A DNA stretch of 64,000 bases, taken from the IMG/VR virus record IMGVR_UViG_3300033498_000048, positions 64,001-128,000 of that record. One strand, 5' to 3'. Positions within the stretch are counted from its first letter, which is position 1; every line of letters begins with the position of its first letter. Source of the DNA: a virus (Duplodnaviria > Caudoviricetes). The position numbers were made by a program, and so were the translations under genes. This document shows, one piece after another, positions 59,350-64,000 of this stretch. The notes under the pieces were generated by a model. That model worked only from the letters and a program-made list of their open reading frames with translations. It did no database searches and was not told the origin of the DNA.

Positions 59350-59639
59350 CTAATCTCAAATGAGTTAATATCAAGCTCTTGTCCATAGGTTGGGGTATAT
59401 GATATTTTAAAATTTGAGCATATTAAAAATCTAGCGATATGCGTTTGCTGTTCACTAGAAATTTGAGCATCGAAGCGTAATGTCATACAAATTTCACCAC
59501 GCGAAGCACTTTCCGTAAATAACAATATAAGATATTCGATATATTTTTTGCTCTCATCTGTTAATAAGTTTAATAAAGCTTCCATTGATATTTTTTTAAT
59601 ATCGTTGGCATTTAATGTACTAAATTGTTGTACTACCAT
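59340..59639 (-). CDS. hypothetical protein
   Basis: ORF track. Confidence 0.55.
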   Translation of the reverse strand: MVVQQFSTLNANDIKKISMEALLNLLTDESKKYIEYLILLFTESASRGEICMTLRFDAQISSEQQTHIARFLICSNFKISYTPTYGQELDINSFEISWT

Positions 59640-59869
59640 ATTATTTTATTCCTTAATTTATATTGGGTAGAATTTAACGCATTAATAAACCCACCATCTT
59701 TAAATTTGAGTTTAGTGTTTATAAACCTTTCCAAGTCTTTTTTTGTCCAGTATTTACAATACACAAACCAGCCTAAATTGATTTTTTGATAAATGATTTT
59801 GTTAGTTTGGTCGACTTTATATTCTCCACTATCATTAATCTCGTTAATTAATTCTTTAATGTTACTCAT
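59633..59869 (-). CDS. hypothetical protein
   Basis: ORF track. Confidence 0.5.
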   Translation of the reverse strand: MSNIKELINEINDSGEYKVDQTNKIIYQKINLGWFVYCKYWTKKDLERFINTKLKFKDGGFINALNSTQYKLRNKIIW

Positions 59870-60185
59870 TGTTTTTCATCCAATAGTTTAACAAATCATC
59901 ACATACAACCCAAACTTCATCTCCATACATATTCACAATGAAAGACTCAACAGTATCACCATCTTCTTTCAAACCTAACTTAATGAGATTGTTGTGGAGC
60001 TTTACCACACAATATTCACCAAGACCCATAGCCTTTAGTAAACCATGTTGTTTACTTCTTTCAAATGCTTCTTGTAATTCCCTAGGTAGTGTATAAAGTG
60101 GACCCAATACAGACTCGCACTTATTAATAACGGTTTTGTTTGTTGGTTTAAACTCAACTCCAACTAACTCAGTTTGTTCTGTCAT
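59862..60185 (-). CDS. hypothetical protein
   Basis: ORF track. Confidence 0.55.
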   Translation of the reverse strand: MTEQTELVGVEFKPTNKTVINKCESVLGPLYTLPRELQEAFERSKQHGLLKAMGLGEYCVVKLHNNLIKLGLKEDGDTVESFIVNMYGDEVWVVCDDLLNYWMKNNE

Positions 60186-60304
60186 ATCTTAATTCCCCCT
60201 AACTACTCTTTGGATACCACACTTGGAACATCGTTCATAGTGGAAATTATCGGTGTATGGTCCATCGTACACCCATGAGTGTAATCCAATTCTACACATA
60301 ATCC

Positions 60305-60616
60305 TTACTCCGATATTGAAGCTGATAAGTTCCCAAAAACATCTTGGTCTATTACCAACCAAAACGATTCATCATCATCGTGACAAAAACGTATATACCA
60401 TGCACTTGTTCCATCTGCATCATTCTCATAGCCAACATAGTTCCAATGTGAATGCTCTATGCCGTTGATTGCAGATGTTATCGACTCTATTAAGAACTTC
60501 TTATCATCGACATAATCACCTTTATTAAAAGTCACTTCTGCATTTACATCATATGATAATGCTACGTTCAATATACTATCAATGATTTCGGTTATATTAT
60601 ACATTATTGTACCCAC
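60305..60616 (-). CDS. acidic hypothetical protein
   Basis: ORF track. Confidence 0.55.
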   Translation of the reverse strand: MGTIMYNITEIIDSILNVALSYDVNAEVTFNKGDYVDDKKFLIESITSAINGIEHSHWNYVGYENDADGTSAWYIRFCHDDDESFWLVIDQDVFGNLSASISE

Positions 60617-60885
60617 ACATATTCAATTGCACTATGAACCATATAAACACATGGTTTACCATCATATTTACTGGAATAAAACCTAACATGATAATCGTTT
60701 TTTACTGTTGGACAAGTACCAAACTCAACTAAGTCTGATGTGTCGATATGACGAATAAATGTATTATATTTGATTTCCCGACCACGTCCTGTCATTTCAG
60801 TGATTAATCTACCTGAAAGATTGACACAACTTCCAATAAGACTTTTTTTCATTTTTAATGCCTTGTGGTTAAAATAAAAACACAT
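60604..60885 (-). CDS. conserved phage hypothetical protein
   Basis: DYHVRFYSSKYDGKPCVYMVHSAIEYVW motif. Confidence 0.65.
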   Translation of the reverse strand: MCFYFNHKALKMKKSLIGSCVNLSGRLITEMTGRGREIKYNTFIRHIDTSDLVEFGTCPTVKNDYHVRFYSSKYDGKPCVYMVHSAIEYVWVQ

Positions 60886-60963
60886 AATAATCCTATTCTA
60901 ATCCAATGTCAATTTATTTTTGTAACAATGGAGTCTATGTGTCTAGTGGGATTTCAGACAACT

Positions 60964-61809
60964 TTATCCAACAAATGTTGTTTTAGCATTGACTTGTTTT
61001 TTATCTGTTATTGTTACAATAACATCATCGGTGATAGTAAATTTAACTTCAGAATATGAAATGTATTTTCCAGTGTCCATCATAATATGGGAACATTTAT
61101 CAGTATGTCCTATTAGATGAGTTCCATCCCAAGTATATGGATTACCATGTAAATCATTAAATGTACCAATATTTGGTTCTAATGTTTTAAGGTATGCTTT
61201 TTTACCAACTACATTCAAGTTATTGTACATATCAGAAAAACCTTTGTTTTCCACCATTTGAGTGAATAGTGTTGGGAATTTATGACTAATTTGTAATATT
61301 AAAATTGGCAATAACTCTGAGTATTCCCGATACGACCACGGGCTTGAAAAGTCTGATTGGGTTAAGGTACAAATAAGGAGTAGATTAATTGATGTGAAAT
61401 CATTAACACCAATCATATTAGATTTAAAACAAGTCGGGATTTTAGAACCAACTTCGTCAAGGTTTAGTTTTCTGTTATATGGGAAATAAACATAATCTCC
61501 AATTCGATACAATTGAGTATCAGCTTTAGTTAAAGCGTTTAATACTGGTTTGTACATATCGGACATTTTGTTTATCCATGTATAGAAACCTTTTGCTTTT
61601 GATGTAAATCCTAGTTCTGTGTTTGTTTGTCCGTATGGACATACTGAATCATTTAATTGAATACATTGCCCTAACGCATAAACCTCGCAGTTTGAACAAT
61701 TTGAACACTTTGCTATATAACACGTTGATTTTGCTGTTTTTGATACTCCAAACGACATTTTCATTAAGTTTTTTGTTGGATTATCAACATATGCGTGTAT
61801 TAATTTCAT
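60964..61809 (-). CDS. hypothetical protein with Cys cluster
   Basis: CSNCSNCEVY..GQC...CPYG. Confidence 0.65.
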   Translation of the reverse strand: MKLIHAYVDNPTKNLMKMSFGVSKTAKSTCYIAKCSNCSNCEVYALGQCIQLNDSVCPYGQTNTELGFTSKAKGFYTWINKMSDMYKPVLNALTKADTQLYRIGDYVYFPYNRKLNLDEVGSKIPTCFKSNMIGVNDFTSINLLLICTLTQSDFSSPWSYREYSELLPILILQISHKFPTLFTQMVENKGFSDMYNNLNVVGKKAYLKTLEPNIGTFNDLHGNPYTWDGTHLIGHTDKCSHIMMDTGKYISYSEVKFTITDDVIVTITDKKQVNAKTTFVG

Positions 61810-61891
61810 TTTTAAGTATTTCCTACTGGCTATTTAAGTTCTACAACTTCGTGTTTATTTCCACAGTGTGGACACCATAAGTGCGATGGTA

Positions 61892-62161
61892 TCAATTTAG
61901 GGTCGCCAATTGAAAACCATAACTTACAATCATCACACACAAAATGATATAGTGGTTCAAATGAATACCTTGGGTTGTATTGTTTTCGTTGTTCCACACT
62001 TTACGCTCGCGCTCTCTAAAAGTGTTGCAAATACTATCTGCTTTTGAATAATGAACTAATAGGGCTTTACCCAATTTATAAGATATAACATTAACAAAGC
62101 CAGTTTCTGGTGTTTTTGAATCTGGTAATATGTGAGCTGCATTTTCAAGATTATCTATCAT
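61892..62161 (-). CDS. hypothetical protein
   Basis: ORF track. Confidence 0.45.
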   Translation of the reverse strand: MIDNLENAAHILPDSKTPETGFVNVISYKLGKALLVHYSKADSICNTFRERERKVWNNENNTTQGIHLNHYIILCVMIVSYGFQLATLN

Positions 62162-62164
62162 ATT

Positions 62165-62434
62165 TTAATTCCCTTGTATCCGAGATGCTTTGTGTGCAAT
62201 ATCAACAGAAACCACTAATGCCATATATGCTGAATCACTTTTATTATTCAAATAACTTCTCAATGAATCAGATACATGGTTATCAATTAAAGCAAACATT
62301 TCAGCTTGTTCTAATAACAACAACCGTTTGTGATTAACTTTTTTTAAATGCTCTTTCACATCAGCATTAACACTAAGAGTTTCGATAAAAACGTCTGGAA
62401 TAACAATTCCTTCATACTTGTTGTGTGTTGTCAT
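62165..62434 (-). CDS. hypothetical protein
   Basis: ORF track. Confidence 0.55.
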   Translation of the reverse strand: MTTHNKYEGIVIPDVFIETLSVNADVKEHLKKVNHKRLLLLEQAEMFALIDNHVSDSLRSYLNNKSDSAYMALVVSVDIAHKASRIQGN

Positions 62435-62505
62435 ATTAGCCTACTTTGATGTGATTATTTAATATTTGCAATTATACTCAATTGATTATTTAAGTCAACA
62501 CTTGA

Positions 62506-62862
62506 TTAGATGAAGATTTGTAATGACATGGGAGTTGAAGTATCTCGTTTAGATGATATAAATGCGAGAGCTTCACCCTTTGAATAAAACTCAATACCTT
62601 CTCCAGACTTACAACCAACATATGACACTCCCCACTCAGGACAGCCAGATTTCACCCACCCTATCCTAGGGACAACACTCCACATTTTAGTTGGAATTGT
62701 AGCGTGAATGTCTCCATTCTTGAGAATGAAGTGTGTAACCCCTTTGATTGATACGAAGCCTAGAACACTCCAAGCTAAGTCTTGGAACTCAACTGCTGAT
62801 ATGGTTGGAAGCTGATTAAATATCTTAAGAGTCAGTTTAATTGTTTTGATAGTTACTTGCAT
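62506..62862 (-). CDS. hypothetical protein
   Basis: ORF with GGAG RBS and promoter. Confidence 0.6.
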   Translation of the reverse strand: MQVTIKTIKLTLKIFNQLPTISAVEFQDLAWSVLGFVSIKGVTHFILKNGDIHATIPTKMWSVVPRIGWVKSGCPEWGVSYVGCKSGEGIEFYSKGEALAFISSKRDTSTPMSLQIFI

Positions 62863-62895
62863 AGTATGTTATTACTCCATTCTGATAATTTGAGT

Positions 62896-62924
62896 ATCAT
62901 ACACACTAATAGTATTGGAGTCAA
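62896..62924 (-). promoter_or_regulatory. sigma70-like early promoter
   Basis: TTGACT-N17-TATGAT. Confidence 0.6.
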
Positions 62925-62953
62925 TATTTATCTTTCACTGTCAATTATGAAGA

Positions 62954-63112
62954 ATCAATGAGTTAGCACTTGCATCGTGTTAGTAATTATATAACCGTTC
63001 CAAGTGCTATCTTATTGATTTAATTGAGTATAAATGTATTAGTAATATCAATGAGTTAGCATTTATAACGGTTATATAATTACTAACACGATGCAAGTGC
63101 TAACTCATTGAT
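62954..63112. repeat. dyad element cluster K (2 units in inverted orientation)
   Basis: Cores 62972-63001 and 63065-63094; 46-bp perfect inverted repeat 62954-62999/63067-63112. Confidence 0.95.
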
Positions 63113-63127
63113 ATTATTGGAGGCAAC

Positions 63128-63155
63128 AAAAAGCCCATTAAAGGGCTTTTTTTTT
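63128..63155. terminator. intrinsic terminator, likely bidirectional
   Basis: AAAAAGCCC-ATTAAA-GGGCTTTTTTTTT immediately after the stop of 63154-63351. Confidence 0.8.
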
Positions 63156-63351
63156 AGTTTGATATGATATTCAAAATGGTTGTGCTATATATTCCGACCA
63201 AGGTGTAGAATACAACATTTAACGTTTTCAATATTTTAAGGTCTAATTTGATTGGAATAGTTTGTTGAATTTTTAGTATTAGGTATAAGAATATTGTAAT
63301 ATATATAATACTCTTAATTGAAATGATTGCTATCATTGTTGATATTAGCAT
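63154..63351 (-). CDS. small membrane protein
   Basis: Two hydrophobic segments. Confidence 0.5.
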   Translation of the reverse strand: MLISTMIAIISIKSIIYITIFLYLILKIQQTIPIKLDLKILKTLNVVFYTLVGIYSTTILNIISN

Positions 63352-63428
63352 AATTTAATTACCTCATTTGTAACGAGTTGGTTCATAGTTACAACATACT
63401 AACTATAAACCAACTGTAAGTCAAATCA

Positions 63429-64000
63429 CTATTTTACAGGACATACACCTCCAGCACACGTTTCCTGTGATGAAATTTCATTATCATTAGAATCAATACT
63501 AGGCATAATGAATTGACGTAAAGTAGCAACATATTCATCATACACTTCTTGACTTACTACTTCTTGTGGTAAATATAAGTAACCTAAATCTTTAGCTGTT
63601 TTTGTTGGGTCAGCACGATATAAGAAACTAACACCGACATAAATGTCCCAATTAGCTAACAGCCATTCTATTATATCTGGAACTTCATTAGGTGAATAGC
63701 TAATCGTATTGCTCATGTTTTGTTGACTCCAATTAACTTGATACTTTTTATATCGGTTTAATTGTTGTATAGCAGATTCGGTATTAACTTCTAATGTTCC
63801 ATGGTCTGTCTTAACTTTAGTGAATGGAACGTGTTCCCAACATATTGGAAATGTTACCAACACACCTTCTGGGTCAGCTGGATTATCCCAAACCCTATAA
63901 TTAGCTTCTATTAAAGCTGGAAGTAACGGGTCATGTTTACCAAAATTAACATTGTTAAAAATGTATTTACCTAATGGAATATGTATTCCCTCTGGACACA
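63429..64000 (-). CDS. nrdJ: class II (B12-dependent) ribonucleotide reductase, 3' part; start outside window
   Basis: Frame open to window end (CPEGIHIPLGKYIFNNVNF...); QQNMSNTI, VGVSFL, YLPQE, C-terminal ETCAGGVCPVK like RTPR redox tail. Confidence 0.8.
   Translation of the reverse strand, partial: CPEGIHIPLGKYIFNNVNFGKHDPLLPALIEANYRVWDNPADPEGVLVTFPICWEHVPFTKVKTDHGTLEVNTESAIQQLNRYKKYQVNWSQQNMSNTISYSPNEVPDIIEWLLANWDIYVGVSFLYRADPTKTAKDLGYLYLPQEVVSQEVYDEYVATLRQFIMPSIDSNDNEISSQETCAGGVCPVK

Noticed and set aside
1-64000. tRNA or rRNA genes
   Set aside because: No T-loop GTTCGA(A/G)TC in a cloverleaf context and no rRNA-like GC-rich segment found by eye; a tRNAscan run would be needed to be certain
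1-64000. Alternative genetic code (stop-codon reassignment as in some jumbo phages)
   Set aside because: Long genes are intact under code 11 and end at TAA, TAG (28386) and TGA with tight packing

Overview
AT-rich (about 30% GC by eye) segment of a large lytic T4-superfamily/jumbo-type phage, probably with a proteobacterial host (RdgC, a QueD-like gene, near-absence of GATC). Most of the window is a dense minus-strand field of about 100 small early/accessory genes driven by sigma70-like promoters (TTGACA-17/18-TATAAT). Recognisable products: ATP-grasp protein, MazG-like pyrophosphatase, Dam-family methylase, two metallophosphoesterases, non-specific nuclease, RdgC, two RNA ligases, Thg1, RNase HI, YqeY, MORN protein, peptide deformylase, four nucleotidyltransferase-like proteins, and the 3' part of a class II ribonucleotide reductase. 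Plus-strand late islands behind T4-type TATAAATA-like promoters interrupt this field: two LamG-rich virion modules, a PAAR gene and a 271-aa gene. The most striking non-coding feature is a family of about 28 dispersed 66-bp dyad elements (18-bp inverted arm ATCAATRRGTTAGCACTT + 12 variable nt + central TAATTA + 12 variable nt + inverse arm) in 11 intergenic loci. Neighbouring copies are mostly spaced 92-96 bp apart (about 9 helical turns). Their half-sites appear reshuffled at the TAATTA axis, they occur as direct and inverted pairs, and they bracket one- or two-gene cassettes including a duplicated promoter+ORF unit. This suggests an undescribed protein-bound or recombinational DNA element system; no cognate recombinase was recognised in the window. 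All family calls come from motif recognition by eye; no database search was run.
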